From: Eledone cirrhosa
Lineage: Eukaryota
Direction of reading: 5' to 3'
Length of the DNA stretch: 64,000 nucleotides
Assembly: GCA_964016885.1 (NCBI GenBank)
Contig: OZ024740.1
Coordinates: 8,990,001-9,054,000 of the forward strand
A program made the translations under genes and the position numbers. The notes under the pieces were generated by a model. That model saw only the letters and a program-made list of their open reading frames with translations. It had not been told where the DNA came from and searched no databases. Of this stretch, positions 1 to 15,416 are shown in pieces; position 1 is the stretch's first letter, and every line of letters begins with the position of its first letter.

Positions 1-120
1 TATGTCAGTCTCTATTGGTATATCAGTTTCGATTGGTATGTCAATTTCGCTTGGTATGTCAGTTTCTATTGGTATGTCAGTTTAGATTAGTATATCAGTT
101 TCTATTGGTATGTCAGTCTC

Positions 121-2896
121 TATTGGTATATCAGTTTCGATTTGTATGTCAGTTTCGGTTGGTATATCAGTTTCGATTGATATGTCAGTTTCGATTGTTA
201 TATCAGTTTCGATTGGTATGTCAGTTTCTATTGGTATGTCATTTTCAATTAGTATATCAGTTTCTATTGCTATGTCAGTTTCGATTGTTATGTCAGTTTC
301 GATTGGTATGTTAGTTTCTATTGGTATGTCAGTTTCGATTAGTATATCAGTTTCTATTGGTATGTCTGTTTCGATTGGTATGTTAGTCTTCGATTTGTAT
401 GTCAGTTTCTATTGGTATATCAGTTTCGATTGGTATGTCAGTTTCAATTAGTATATCAGTTTCTATTGGTATGTCAGTTTCTATTGGTATATCAGTTTTG
501 ATTGGCATATCAGTTTCGATTGGTATGTCAGTTTCGATTGGTATATCAGTTTCGATTGGTATATCAGTTTCGATTGGTATATAAGTTTCTATTGCTATAT
601 CAGTTTCTATTGGTATATCAGTTTCGATTGGTATGTCAGTTTCTATGGGTATATCAGTTGCGATTGGTATGTTTGTTTCTATTGGTATGTCAGTTTCGAT
701 TATTATATCAGTTACTATTGGTATGTCAGTTTCTATTGGTATGTCAGTTTCTATTGGTATGTCAGTTTCGATTATTATATCAGTTTCGATTAGTATGTCA
801 GTTTCGATTGGTATGTCAGTTTCTATTGGTATGTCAGTTTCGATTAGTATATAAGTTTCTATGGGTATGGCAGTCTCTGTTGGTATATCAGTTTCGATTG
901 GTATGTCAGTTTCGATTGCTATGTCAGTTTCGATTGTTATGTCAGTTTCGATTGGTATATCAGTTTCGAATGGTATGTCAGTTTCAATTGGTATATCAGT
1001 TTCAATTGGTATGTCAGTTTCAATTAGTATATCAGTTTCTATTGGTATGTCAGTTTCTATTGGTATATCAATTTCGATTGGCATATCAGTTTTGATTGGT
1101 ATGTCAGTTTCTATTGGTATTTCAGTTTCGATTGGTATATCAGTTTCGATTGGTATATCAGTTTCTATTGCTATATCAGTTTCTATTGGTATGTGAGTTT
1201 CGATTATTATATCAGTTACTATTGGTATGTCAGTTTCGATTGTTATGTCAGTGTCTATTGGTATGTCAGTTTCGATTGGTATGTCAGTTTCGATTAGTAT
1301 ATCAGTTTCTATTGGTATGTCAGTTTCTATTGGTATATCAGTTTCGATTGGTATATCAGTTTCGATTGGTATGTCAATTTCGATTGGCATGTCAGTTTCG
1401 ATTGGTATAACAGTTTCGAATGGTATTTCAATCTCGATGGGTATGTCAGTTTCGATTGGTATATCAGTTTCGATTAGTATGTCAGTTTCTATTGGTATAT
1501 CAGTTTCTATTGGTATATCAGTTTCTATTGGTATGTCATTGGTATATCTGTTTCTATTTGTATGTCAGTTTATATTGGTATATCAGTTTAGATTGATATA
1601 TCAGTTTCGATTGGTATGTCAGTTTCTATTCGTATATCAGTTTCTATTTGTATGTCCGTTTCGATTGGTATGTCAGTTTCTATAGGTATATCAGTTTCGA
1701 TTGGTATGTTAGTTTCTATTGGTATGTCAGTTTCGATTAGTATATCAGTATCTATTGGTATGTCAGTTTCTATTGGTATATCAATTTCTATTGGCATATC
1801 AGTTTTGATTGGTATGTCAGTTTCTATTGGTATGTCAGTTTCGATTGGTATATCAGTTTCGATTGGTATATCAGTTTCTATTGCTATATCAGTTTCTATT
1901 GGTATGTGAGTTTCGATTATTATATCAGTTACTATTGGTATGTCAGTTTCGATTGTTATGTCAGTGTCTATTGGTATGTCAGTTTCGATTGGTATGTCAG
2001 TTTCGATTAGCATATCAGTTTCTATTGGTATGTCAGTTTCTATTGGTATATCAGTTTCGATTTGTATGTCAGTTTCGGTTGGTATATCAGTTTCGATTGA
2101 TATGTCAGTTTCGATTGTTATATCAGTTTCGATTGGTATGTCAGTTTCTATTGGTATGTCATTTTCAATTAGTATATCAGTTTCTATTGCTATGTCAGTT
2201 TCGATTGTTATGTCAGTTTCGATTGGTATGTTAGTGTCTATTGGTATGTCAGTTTCGATTAGTATATCAGTTTCTATTGGTATGTCTGTTTCGATTGGTA
2301 TGTTAGTCTTCGATTTGTATGTCAGTTTCTATTGGTATATCAGTTTCGATTGGTATGTCAGTTTCAATTAGTATATCAGTTTCTATTGGTATGTCAGTTT
2401 CTATTGGTATATCAGTTTTGATTGGCATATCAGTTTCGATTGGTATGTCAGTTTCGATTGGTATATCAGTTTCGATTGGTATATCAGTTTCGATTGGTAT
2501 ATAAGTTTCTATTGCTATATCAGTTTCTATTGGTATATCAGTTTCGATTGGTATGTCAATTTCTATGGGTATATCAGTTGCGATTGGTATGTTTGTTTCT
2601 ATTGGTATGTCAGTTTCGATTATTATATCAGTTACTATTGGTATGTCAGTTTCTATTGGTATGTCAGTTTCTATTGGTATGTCAGTTTTGATTATTATAT
2701 CAGTTTCGATTAGTATGTCAGTTTCGATTGGTATGTCAGTTTCTATTGGTATGTCAGTTTCGATTAGTATATAAGTTTCTATGGGTATGGCAGTCTCTGT
2801 TGGTATATCAGTTTCGATTGGTATGTCAGTTTCGATTGCTATGTCACTTTCGATTGTTATGTCAGTTTCGATTGGTATATCAGTTTCGAATGGTAT
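121..2896. repeat. Direct duplication of a satellite block: ~121-976 repeated at ~2041-2896 (offset 1920)
   Basis: Same ordered rare variants (TTTCGGTTGG, GTCATTTTCAA, TTAGTCTTCG, ATGGGTATGGCAGTCTCTG). ORF pairs 399/2319, 502/2422, 633/2553 and 861/2781 are all offset by 1920. Confidence 0.9.
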
Positions 2897-5800
2897 TTCA
2901 ATCACGATTGGTATGTCAGTTTCGATTGGTATGTCAGTTTCAATTGGTATATCAGTTTCAATTGGTATGTCAGTTTCAATTAGTATATCAGTTTCTATTG
3001 CTATATCAGTTTCTATTGGTATGTGAGTTTCGATTATTATATCAGTTACTATTGGTATGTCAGTTTCGATTGTTATGTCAGTGTCTATTGGTATGTCATT
3101 GGTATATCTGTTTCGATTTGTATGTCAGTTTATATTGGTATATCAGTTTAGATTGATATATCAGTTTCGATTGGTATGTCAGTTTCTATTCGTATATCAG
3201 TTTCTATTTGTATGTCCGTTTCGATTGGTATGTCAGTTTCTATAGGTATATCAGTTTCGATTGGTCTGTTAGTTTCTATTGGTATGTCAGTTTCGATTAG
3301 TATATCAGTATCTATTGGTATGTCAGTTTTGATTGGTATGTTCGTCCTCGAGTTGTATGTCAGTTTCTATTGGTATATCAGTTTCGATTGGTATGTCAGT
3401 TTCTATTGGTATGTCAGTTTCTATTAGTATATCAGTTTCTATTGATATGTCAGTCTCTATTGGTATATCAGTTTCGATTTGTATGTCAGTTTCGGTTGGT
3501 ATATCAGTTTCGATTGATATGTCAGTTTCGATTGTTATATCAGTTTCGATTGGTATGTCAGTTTCTATTGGTATGTCATTTTCAATTAGTATATCAGTTT
3601 CTATTGCTATGTCAGTTTCGATTGTTATGTCAGTTTCGATTGGTATGTTAGTTTCTATTGGTATGTCTGTTTCGATTAGTATGTTAGTCTTCGATTTGTA
3701 TGTCAGTTTCTATTGGTATATCAGTTTCTATTGGTATGTCAGTTTCTATTGGTATATCAGTTTTGATTGGCATATCAGTTTCGATTGGTATGTCAGTTTC
3801 GATTGGTATGTCAGTTTTCGATTCATATATCAGTTTCGATTTGTATATCAGTTTCGATTGGTATATCAGTTTTGATTAGTATATCAGTTCCTATAGGTAT
3901 GTCAGTTTCTATTGGTATATCAGTTTCTATTAGTATGTCAGTTGCTATTGTTATATCAGTTTCGATTGGTATATCAGTTTCGATTGGTATGTCAATTTCG
4001 ATTGGTATGTCAGTTTCGATTGGTATATCAGATTCGACTGGTATATCAGTTTCGAGTGGTATTTCAATCTCGATTGGTATGTCAGTTTCGATTGGTATAT
4101 CAGTTTCGAGTGGTATTTCAATCTCGATTGGTATGTCAGTTTCGATTGGCATGTTAGTCCTTGATTTGTATGTTAGTTTCTATTAGTATATCAGTTTTGA
4201 TTGGTATGTCAGTTTCAATTAGTATATCAGTTTCTATTGGTATGTCAGCTTCTATTGGTATATCATTTTCGATTGGCATATCAGTTTCAAATGTTATGTC
4301 AGTTTCGATTGGTATATCAGTTTCGAATGGTATTTCAATCTCGATTGGTATGTCAGTTTCGATTGGTATATCAGTTACAATTGCTATATCAGTTTCAATT
4401 GGTATGTTAGTTTCTATTGGTATATCAGTTTCTATTAGTATATCAGCTTCTATTGGTATGTCAGTTTCCATTGGTATGTTAGTCCTTGATTTGTATGTCA
4501 CTTTCTATTGGTATATCAGTTTCGATTGGTATGTCAGTTTCAATTAGTATATCAGTTTCTATTGGTATGTCAGTTTCTATTGGTATATCAGTCTCGATTG
4601 GAATATCAGTTTCGATTGGTATGTCAGTTTCTATTGGTATGTCAGTTTCGATTGGTATATCAGTTTCTATTGCTATATCAGTTTCTATTGGTATATCAGT
4701 TTCGATTGGTATGTCAGTTTCTATTGGTATATCAGTTGCGATTGGTATGTCAGTTTCTATTGGTATGTGAGTTTCGATTATTATATCAGTTACTATTGGT
4801 ATGTCAGTTTCGATTGGTATGTCAGTTTCGATTGTTATGTCAGTGTCTATTGGTATATCAGTTTCGATTGGTATGTCAGTTTCTATTGGTATATCAGTTT
4901 CGAATGGTATTTCAATCTCGATTGGTATGTCAGTTTCGATTGGTATATCAGTTTCGATTAGTATGTCAGTTTCTATAGGTATATGAGTTTCGTTTGGTAT
5001 GTCAGTTTCGATTAGTATATCAGTTTCTATTGGTATGTCAATTTCGATTGGTATGTCAGTTTCGATTGGTATATCAGTTTCGAATGGTATTTCAATCTCG
5101 ATTGGTATGTTAGTTTCGATTGGTATATCAGTTTCGATTAGTATGTCAGTTTCTATTGGTATATCAGTTTCGTTTGGTATATCAGTTTCTATTGGTATGT
5201 CATTGGAATATCAGTTTCGATTGGTATGTCAGTTTCTAATGGTATGTCAGTTTCGATTGGTATATCAGTTTCGATTGGTATATCAGTTTCGATTGGTATA
5301 TCAGTTTCGATTGGTATATCAGTTTCTATTGCTATATCAGTTTCTATTAGTATATCAGTTTCAATTGGTATGTCAGTTGCTATTTTTATATCAGTTTCGA
5401 TTGGTATATCAGTTTCGATTGGTATGTCAATTTAGATTGTTATGTCAGTTTCGATTGGTATATCAGATTCGACTGGTATATCACTTTCTACTGATATATC
5501 AGTTTCTATTGGTATGTCAGTTTCAATTGGTATGTCAGTTTCGATTGGTATATCAGTTTAGAGTGGTATTTCAATCTCGATTGGTATGTCAGTTTCGATT
5601 GGCATGTTAGTCCTTGATTTGTATGTTAGTTTCTATTGGTATATCAGTTTTGATTGGTATGTCAGTTTCAATTAGTATATCAGTTTCTATTGGTATGTCA
5701 GTTTCTATTGGTATATCAGTTTCGATTGGCATATCAGTTTCAATTGGTATGTCAGTTTCGATTGGTATATCAGTTTCGAATTGTATTTCAATCTCGATTG

Positions 5801-6803
5801 GTATGTCAGTTTCGATTGGTATATCAGTTACAATTGGTATATCAGCTTCAATTGGTATGTTAGTTTCTATTGGTATATCAGTTTCTATTAGTATATCAGC
5901 TTCTATTGGTATGTCAGATTCGATTGGTATGTTAGTCCTCGATTTGTATGTCACTTTCGATTGGTATGTCAGTTTCTATTGGTATGTCAGTTTCGATTGG
6001 TATATCAGTTTCGATTGGTATATCAGTTTCTATTGCTATATCAGTTTCTATTGGTATGCCAGTTTCGATTGGTATGTCAGTTTCTATTGGTATATCAGTT
6101 GCGATTGGTATGTCAGTTTCTATTGGTATATCAGCTTCGATTGGTATGTCAGTTTCGATTGGTATATCAGTTTTGATTAGTATATCAGTTTCGATTGGTA
6201 TGTTAGTTTCTATTGGTATGTCAGTTTCGATTTGTATATCAGTTTCAATTGGTATGTCAGTTTCTATTGCTATATCAGTTTCTATTCGTATATCAGTTTT
6301 GATTGGTATGTCAGTTTCAATTGGTACGTCAGTTTCGATTGGTATGTCAGATTCAATTTTTATTTCAGTTTCGATTGGTATATCTGTTTCGATTGGTATA
6401 TCAGTTTTCGATTGGTATGTTAGTTTCTATTGGTATGTCAGTTTCGATTTGTATATCAGTTTCTATTGGTATGTCAGTTTCGATTGGTATGTTAGTCCTC
6501 GATTTGTATGTCTGTTTCTATTGGTATATCAGTTTCGATTGGTATGTCAGTTTCGATTAGTATATCTGTTGCTATTGGTATGTCAGTTTCTATTGGTATA
6601 TCAGTTTCGATTGGTATATCAGTTTCGATTCGTGTGTCAATTTCGATTGCTATGTCAGTTTCGATTGGTATATCAGATTCGACTGGTATATCACTTTCTA
6701 TTGCTATATCAGTTTCTATTGGTATGTCAGTTCCAATTGGTATGTCAGTATCTATTGGTATATCAGTTTCACTTGGTATATCAGTTTCTATTGTTATGTC
6801 AGT

Positions 6804-7175
6804 AGGCATCTCTAACAAAATACACCCCGTCCCACCACCACCACCCCCACCCCATCCACACCACCCCGTCCTATGTAAAGTTATGTTGGTGCCGCGCCAT
6901 CCGGGCCGAAACAAATGAGATCGTGTAGGTGTCACGACAAAAAAACACACAGTCCACGCTGTAATGTGGCCGTGTAGGCAACACGGTAAAAACCTCCCAG
7001 ACCCACACTGTAAATGTGGTTGGTGTTAGGAAGGGCATCCAACTGTAGAAAACCTGCCAGACAGTCCTATGCGAGCAAGACAATCACTCTTGCCTCAAGT
7101 GGGACTACCCCCGTCCAAACCCATGCAAGCGTGGAACACGGACGTTAAACGTTGATGATGATGATGATGATGATG
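6804..7175 (+). mobile_element. 5'-truncated non-LTR retroelement, 3'-UTR-like portion only, RTE-type tail, diverged from the LINE at 43695
   Basis: Non-satellite block ending CGGACGTTAAACGTTG(ATG)n. 8-bp TSD ATGTCAGT at 6796-6803 and 7176-7183, with empty paralogous sites at ~11761 and ~14249. Shares GGTTGGTGTTAGGAAGGGCATCCA.CTGTAGAAA and the terminal stem-loop with the other inserts. Confidence 0.88.
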
Positions 7176-10100
7176 ATGTCAGTTTCTATTAGTATATCAG
7201 TTTCTATTGTTATGTCAGTCTCTATTGGTATATCAGTTTCGAGTGGTATGTCAGTTTCCATTGGTATATCAGTTTCTATTGGTATATCTGTTTCAGTTGA
7301 TATGTCAGTTTCGATTGGTATGTCAGTTTCTATTGGTATGTCAGTTTCGATTAGTATATCAGTTTCTATTGGTATGTCAGTCTCTATTGGTATATCAGTT
7401 TCGATTGGTATGTCAGTTTCGATTGGAATATCAGTTTCGATTGGTATGTCACTTTCGATTGGTATATCAGTTTCGAATGGTATTTCAATCTCGATTGGTA
7501 TGTCAGTTTCGATTGGTATGTTAGTCCTCGATTCGCATATCAGTTTCGATTTGTATATCAGTTTCGATTGGTATATCAGTTTTGATTAGTATATCAGTTC
7601 CTATAGGTATGTCAGTTTCTATTGGTATATCAGTTTTGATTGGTATGTCAGTTTCTATTGGTATATCAGTTTCTATTAGTATGTCAGTTGCTATTGTTAT
7701 ATCCGTTTCGATTGGTATATCAGTTTTGATTGGTATGTCAATTTCGATTGGTATGTCAGTTTCGATTGGTATATCAGATTCGACTGGTATATCACTTTCT
7801 ATTGATATATCAGTTTCGATTGCTATGTCAGTTTCAATTGGTATGACAGTTTCGATTGGTATATCAGTTTCGAGTGGTATTTCAATCTCGATTGGTATGT
7901 CAGTTTCGATTGGTATATCAGTTTCGAGTGGTATTTCAATCTCGATTGGTATGTCAGTTTCGATTGGCATGTTAGTCCTTGATTTGTATGTTAGTTTCTA
8001 TTGGTATATCAGTTTTGATTGGTATGTCAGTTTCAATTAGTATATCAGTTTCTATTGGTATGTCAGTTTCTATTGGTATATCAGTTTCGATTGGCATATC
8101 AGTTTTAATTGGTATGTCAATTTCGATTGGTATATCAGTTTCGATTGGTATTTCAATCTCGATTGGTATGTCAGTTTCGATTGGTATATCAGTTACAATT
8201 GGTATATCAGTTTCAATTGGTATGTTAGTTTCTATTGGTATGTCAGTTTCTATTAGTATATCAGCTTCTATTGGTATGGCCGTTTCCATTGGTATGTTAG
8301 TCCTTGATTTGTATGTCACTTTCTATTGGTATATCAGTTTCGATTGGTATGACAGTTTCAATTAGTATATCAGTTTCTATTGGTACGTCAGTTTCTATTG
8401 GTATATCAGTTTCGATTGGAATATCAGTTTCGATTGGTATGTCAGTTTCTATTGGTATGTCAGTTTCGATTGGTATATCAGTTTCGATTGGTATATTAGT
8501 TTCTATTGCTATATCAGTTTCTATTGGTATATCAGTTTCGATTGGTATGTCAGTTTCGATTAGTATATCAGTTTCTATTGGTATGTCAATTTCGAATGGT
8601 ATGGCAGTTTCGATTGGTATATCAGTTTCGAATGGTATTTCAATCTCGATTGGTATGTTAGTTTCGATTGGTATATCAGTTTCGATTAGTATGTCAGTTT
8701 CTATTGGTATATCAGTTTCGTTTGGTATATCAGTATCTATTGGTATGTCATTGGTATATCAGTTTCGATTGGTATGTCAGTTTCTATTGGTATATCAGCT
8801 TCGATTGGTATGTCAGTTTCGATTGGTATATCAGTTTCGATTGGAATATCAGTTTCGATTGGTATGTCAGTTTCTAATGGTATGTCAGTTTCGATTGGTA
8901 TATCAGTTTCGATTGGTATATCAGTTTCGATTGGTATATCAGTTTCGATTGGTATATCAGTTTCTATTGCTATATCAGTTTCTATTAGTATATCAGTTTC
9001 GATTGGTATGTCAGTTGCTATTGTTATATCAGTTTCGATTGGTATATCAGTTTCAGTTGGTATGTCAATTTCGATTGTTATGTCAGTTTCGATTGGTATA
9101 TCAGATTCGACTGGTATATCACTTTCTATTGATATATCAGTTACTATTGGTATGTCAGTTTCAATTGGTATGTCAGTTTCGATTGGCATGTTATTCCTTG
9201 ATTTGTATGTTAGTTTCTATTGGTATATCAGTTTTGATTGGTATGTCAGTTTCAATTAGTATATCAGTTTCTATTGCTATGTCAGTTTCTATTGGTATAT
9301 CAGTATCGATTGGCATATCAGTTTCAATTGGTATGTCAGTTTCGATTGGTATATCAGTTTCGAATGGTATTTCAATCTCGATTGGTATGTCAGTTTCGAT
9401 TGGTATATCAGTTACAATTGGTATATCAGCTTCAATTGGTATGTTAGTTTCTATTGGTATGTCAGTTTCTTTTAGTATATCAGCTTCTATTGGTATGTCA
9501 GTTTTGATTGGTATGTTAGTCCTCGATTTGTATGTCACTTTCTATTGGTATATCAGTTTCTATTGGTATGTCAGTTTCTTTTGGTATATCAGTTTCGATT
9601 AGAATATCAGTTTCGATTGGTATGTCAGTTTCTATTGGTATGTCAGTTTCGATTGGTATATCAGTTTCGATTGGTATATCAGTTTCTATTGCTATATCAG
9701 TTTCTATTTGTATACCAGTTTCGAGTGGTATGTCAGTTTCTATTGGTATATCAGTTTTGATTGGTATGTCAGTTTCTATTGGTATATCAGTTTCTATTGG
9801 TATGTCAGTTTCTATTCATATGTCAGTTTCGATTGGTATATCAGTTTCGATTGGTATATCAGTTTCTATTGCTATATCAGTTTCTATTGGTATATCAGTT
9901 TCGATTGGTATGTCAGTTTCTATTGGTATATCAGTTGCGATTGGTATGTCAGTTTCTATTCGTATGTGAGTTTCGATTATTATATCAGTTACTATTGGTA
10001 TGTCAGTTTCGATTGGTGTGTCAGTTTCGATTGGTATATCAGTTTCGAATGGTATTTTAATCTTGATTGTTATGTCAGTTTCGATTGGTATATCAGTTTC

Positions 10101-13100
10101 GATTAGTATGTCAGTTTCTATAGGTATATCAGTTTCGTTTGGTATGTCAGTTTCGATTAGTATATCAGTTTCTATTGGTATGTCAATTTCGATTGGCATG
10201 TCAGTTTCGATTGATACATCAGTTTCGAATGGTATTTCAATCTCGATTGGTATGTTAGTTTCGATTGGTATATCAGTTTCGATTAGTATGTCAGTTTCTA
10301 TTGGTATATCAGTTTCGTTTGGTATATCAGTTTCTATTGGTATGTCATTGGTATATCAGTTTCGATTGGCATGTCAGTTTCTATTGGTATATCAGCTTCG
10401 ATTGGTATGTCAGTTTCGATTGGTATATCAGTTTCGATTGGTATATCAGTTTCGATTGGTATATCAGTTTCGATTGGTATATCAGTTTCTATTGCTATAT
10501 CAGTTTCTATTAGTATATCAGTTTCGATTGGTATGTCAGTAGCTATTGTTATATCAGTTTCGATTGGTATATCAGTTTCGATTGTTATGTCAATTTCGAT
10601 TGTTATGTCAGTTTCGATTGGTATATCAGATTCAACTGGTATATCACTTTCTATTGATATATCAGTTTCTATTGGTATGTCAGTTTCAATTGGTATGTCA
10701 CTTTCGATTGGCATATCAGTTTAGAGTGGTATTTCAATCTCGATTGGTATGTCAGTTTCGATTGGCATGTTAGTCCTTGATTTGTATGTTAGTTTCTATT
10801 GGTATATCAGTTTTGATTGGTATGTCAGTTTCAATTAGTATATCAGTTTATATTGGTATGTCAGTTTCTATTGGTATATCAGTTTCGAATGGTATTTCAA
10901 TCTCGATTTGTATGTCAGTTTCGATTGGTATATCAGTTACAATTTGTATATCAGCTTCAATTGGTATGTTAGTTTCTATTGGTATGTCAGTTTCAATTAG
11001 TATATCAGCTTCTATTGGTATGTCAGTTTCGATTGGTATGTTAGTCCTCGATTTGTATGTCACTTTCTATTGGTATATCAGTTTCTATTCGTATATCAGT
11101 TTTGATTGGTATGTCAGTTTCAATTGGTACGTCAATTTTGATTGGTATATCAGTTTCGATTGGTATATCAGTTTCTATTGCTATATCAGTTTCTATTTGT
11201 ATATCAGTTTCGATTGGTATGTCAGTTTCTATTGGTATATCAGTTGCGATTGGTATGTCAGTTTCTATTGGTATGTCAGTTTCGATTATTATATCAGTTA
11301 CTATTTGTATGTCAGTTTCGATTGGTATGTCAGATTCAATTTTTATTTCAGTTTCGATTGGTATATCAGTTTTCGATTGGTATGTTAGTTTCTATTGGTA
11401 TGTCAGTTTCGATTTGTATATCAGTTTCTATTGGTATGTCAGTTTCGATTGGTATGTTAGTCCTCGATTTGTATATCTGTTTCTATTGGTATATCAGTTT
11501 CGATTGGTATGTCAGTTTCGATTGGTATATCTGTTGCTATTGGTATGTCAGTTTCTATTGGTATATCAGTTTCGATTGGTATATCAGTTTCGATTCGTAT
11601 GTCAATTTCGATTGCTATGTCAGTTTCGATTGGTATATCAGATTCGATTGGTATATCACTTTCTATTGCTATATCAGTTTCTATTGGTATGTCAGTTTCA
11701 ATTGGTATGTCAGTATCTATTGGTATATCAGTTTCACTTGGTATATCAGTTTCTATTGTTATGTCAGTTTCTATTAGTATATCAGTTTCTATTGGTATGT
11801 CAGTCTCTATTGTTATATCAGTTTCGAGTGGTATGTCAGTTTCGATTGGTATATCAGTTTCTATTGGTATATCTGTTTCAGTTGATATGTCAGTTTCTAT
11901 TGGTATGTCAGTTTCGATTGGAATATCAGTTTCGATTGGTATATCACTTTCGATTGGTATATCAGTTTCGAATGGTATTTCAATCTCGATTGGTATGTCA
12001 CTTTCGATTGGTATGTTAGTCCTCGATTTGTATGTTAGTTACTATTGTTATGTCAGTTTCGATTGGTATGTCAGTTTCAATTAGTATATCAGTTTCTATT
12101 GGTATGTCAGTTTCTATTGGTATATCAGTTTCGATTGGCATATCAGTTTCAATTGGTATGTCAGTTTCGATTGGTATATCCGTTTCGATTGGTATATAAG
12201 TTTCTATTGCTATATCATTTTCTATTGGTATATCAGTTTCGATTGGTATTTCAGTTTCTATGGGTATATCAGTTGCGATTGGTATGTCTGTTTCTATTGG
12301 GATGTCAGTTTCGATTATTATATCAGTTACTATTGGTAAGTCAGTTTCTATTGGTATGTCAGTTTCTATTGGTATGTCAGTTTCTATTGGTATGTCAGTT
12401 TCGATTATTATATCAGTTTCGATTAGTATGTCAGTTTCGATTGGTATGTCAGTTTCTATTGGTGTGTCAGTTTCGATTAGTATATCAGTTTCTATTGGTA
12501 TGTCAGTCTCTGTTGGTATATCAGTTTCGATTGGTATGTCAGTTTCTATTGGTATATCAGTTTCGATTGGAATATCAGTTTCGATTGGTATGTCAGTTTC
12601 GATTGTTATGTCAGTTTCGATTGGTATATCATTTTCGAATGGTATTTCAATCACGATTGGTATGTCAGTTTCGATTGGTATATCAGTTTCAATTGGTATA
12701 TCAGTTTCAATTGGTATGTTAGTTTCTATTGGTATGTCAGTTTCTATTGGTATATCAGTTTCGATTGGAATATCAGTTTCGATTGGTATGTCAGTTTCTA
12801 TTGGTATGTCAGTTTCGATTGGTATATCAATTTCGATTGGTATATCAGTTTCTATTGCTATATCAGTTTCTATTGGTATACCAGTTTCGATTGGTATGTC
12901 AGTTTCTATTGGTATATCAGTTTCGATTAGTATATCAGTTTCGATTGGTATGTTAGTTTCGATCGGTATGTCAGTTTCGATTAGTATATCAGTTTCGATT
13001 GGTATGTCAGTTTCTATTGCTATATCAGTTTCTATTCGTATATCAGTTTTGATTGGTATGTCAGTTTCTATTGGTATATCAGTTGCGATTTGTATGTCAG

Positions 13101-15361
13101 TTTCTATTGGTATGTCAGTTTCGATTATAATATCAGTTACTATTTGTATGTCAGTTTCGATTGGTATGTCAGATTCAATTTTTATTTCAGTTTCGATTGG
13201 TATATCAGTTTCGATTGGTATATCAGTTTTCGATTGGTATGTTAGTTTCCATTGGTATGTCAGTTTCGATTTGTATATCAGTTTCTATTGGTATGTCAGT
13301 TTCGATTGATATGTTAGTCCTCGATTTGTATGTCTGTTTCTATTGGTATATCAGTTTCGATTGGTATGTCAGTTTCGATTAGTATATCTGTTGCTATTGG
13401 TATGTCAGTTTCTATTGGTATATCAGTTTCGATTGGTATATCAGTTTTGATTCGTATGTCAATTTCGATTGCTATGTCAGTTTCGATTGGTATATCAGTT
13501 TCGAGTGGTATGTCAGTTTCGATTGGTATATCAGTTTCTATTGGTATATCTGTTTCAGTTGATATGTCAGTTTCGATTGGTATGTCAGTTTCTATTGGTA
13601 TGTCAGTTTCGATTAGTATATCAGTTTCTATTGGTATGTCAGTCTCCATTGGTATATCAGTTTCGATTGGTATGTCAGTTTCGATTGGAATATCAGTTTC
13701 GATTGGTATGTCACTTTCGACTGGTATATCAGTTTCGAATGGTATTTCAATCTCGATTGGTATATCAGTTTCGATTGGTATGTCAGTTTCAATTAGTATA
13801 TCAGTTTCTATTGGTATGTCAGTTTCTATTGGTATATCAGTTTCGATTGGCATATCAGTTCTCAATTGGTATGTCAGTTTTGATTAGTATATAAGTTTCT
13901 ATTGGTATGTCAGTTTCTATTGCTATATCAGTTTCTATTTGTATATCAGTTTTGATTGGTATGTCAGTTTCGATTGGTACGTCAATTTTGATTGGTATGT
14001 CAATTTCGATTAGTATATCTGTTGTTATTGGTATGTCAGTTTCTATTGGTATATCAGTTTCGATTGGTATATCAGTTTCGATTCGTATGTCAATTTCGAT
14101 TGGTATGTCAGTTTCGATTGGTATATCAGATTCGACTGGTATATCACTTTCTATTGCTATATCAGTTTCTATTGGTATGTCAGTTTCAATTGGTATGTCA
14201 GTATCTATTGGTATATCAGTTTCACTTGGTATGTCAGTTTCTATTGTTATGTCAGTTTCTATTAGTATATCAGTTTCTATTGGTATGTCAGTCTCTATTG
14301 TTATATCAGTTTCGAGTGGTATGTCAGTTTCGATTGGTATATCAGTTTCTATTGGTATATCTGTTTCAGTTGATATGTCAGTTTCGATTGGTATGTCAGT
14401 TTCTATTGGTATGTCAGTTTCGATTGGTATATCAGTTTCGATTGGTATGTCAGTTTCGATTGGAATATCATTTTCGATTGGTATGTCACTTTCGATTGGT
14501 ATATCAGTTTCGAATGGTATTTCAATCTCGATTGGTATGTCACTTTCGATTGGTATGTTAGTCCTCGATTTGTAAGTTAGTTTCTATTGGTATATCAGTT
14601 TCGATTGGTATGTCAGTTTCAATTAGTATATCAGTTTCTATTGGTATGTCAGTTTCTATTGGTATATCAGTTTCGATTGGCATATCAGTTTCAATTGTTT
14701 TGTCAGTTTCGATTGATATATCAGTTTCGATTGGTATATAAGTTTCTATTGCTATATCATTTTCTATTGGTATATCAGTTTCGATTGGTATGTCAGTTTC
14801 TATGGGTATAACAGTTGCGATTGGTATGTCTGTTTCTATTGGGATGTCAGTTTTGATTATTACATCAGTTACTATTGGTATGTCAGTTTCTTTTGGTATG
14901 TCAGTTTCTATTGGTATGTCAGTTTCTATTGGTACGTCAGTTTCGATTATTATATCAGTTTCGATTAGTATGTCAGTTTCTATTGGTATGTCAGTTTCTA
15001 TTGGTATGTCAGTTTCGATTTGTATATCAGTTTCTATTGGTATGTCAGTCTCTGTTGGTATGTCAGTTTCGATTGCTATGTCAGTTTCGATTGTTATGTC
15101 AGTTTCGATTGGTATATCAGTTTCGAATGGTATGTTAGTTTCTATTGGTATGTCAGTTCCGATTAGTATATCAGCTTCTATTGGTATGTCAGTTTAGATT
15201 GGTATGTTAGTCCTTGATTCGTATGTCAGTTTCTATTGGTATATCAGCTTCGATTGGTATATCAGTTTCAATTAGTATATCAGTTTCTATTGGTATGTCA
15301 GTTTCGATTGGTATATCAGTTTCGATTGGTATATCAGTTTCTAGTGCTATATGGAGGCACA

Positions 15362-15416
15362 TGGCTTAGTGGTTAGAGCATTGGCCTTGCAATCGAAAGG
15401 TTGTTAGTTCAATTCT
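15362..15416 (+). promoter_or_regulatory. Internal RNA polymerase III promoter (A and B boxes) of the SINE
   Basis: TGGCTTAGTGG fits the A-box TRGCNNAGTGG. AGTTCAATTCT is a degenerate GGTTCGANTCC at tRNA-like spacing. Confidence 0.8.

Noticed and set aside
6824-6871. C-rich tract encoding poly-Pro, possible G-quadruplex on the minus strand
   Set aside because: It is low-complexity UTR sequence within a truncated element, with no independent evidence of function.
7152-7178. Poly-Met ORF starts or standalone (ATG)n microsatellites (also 15681, 43695, 47388)
   Set aside because: These are the retroelement 3' tails.
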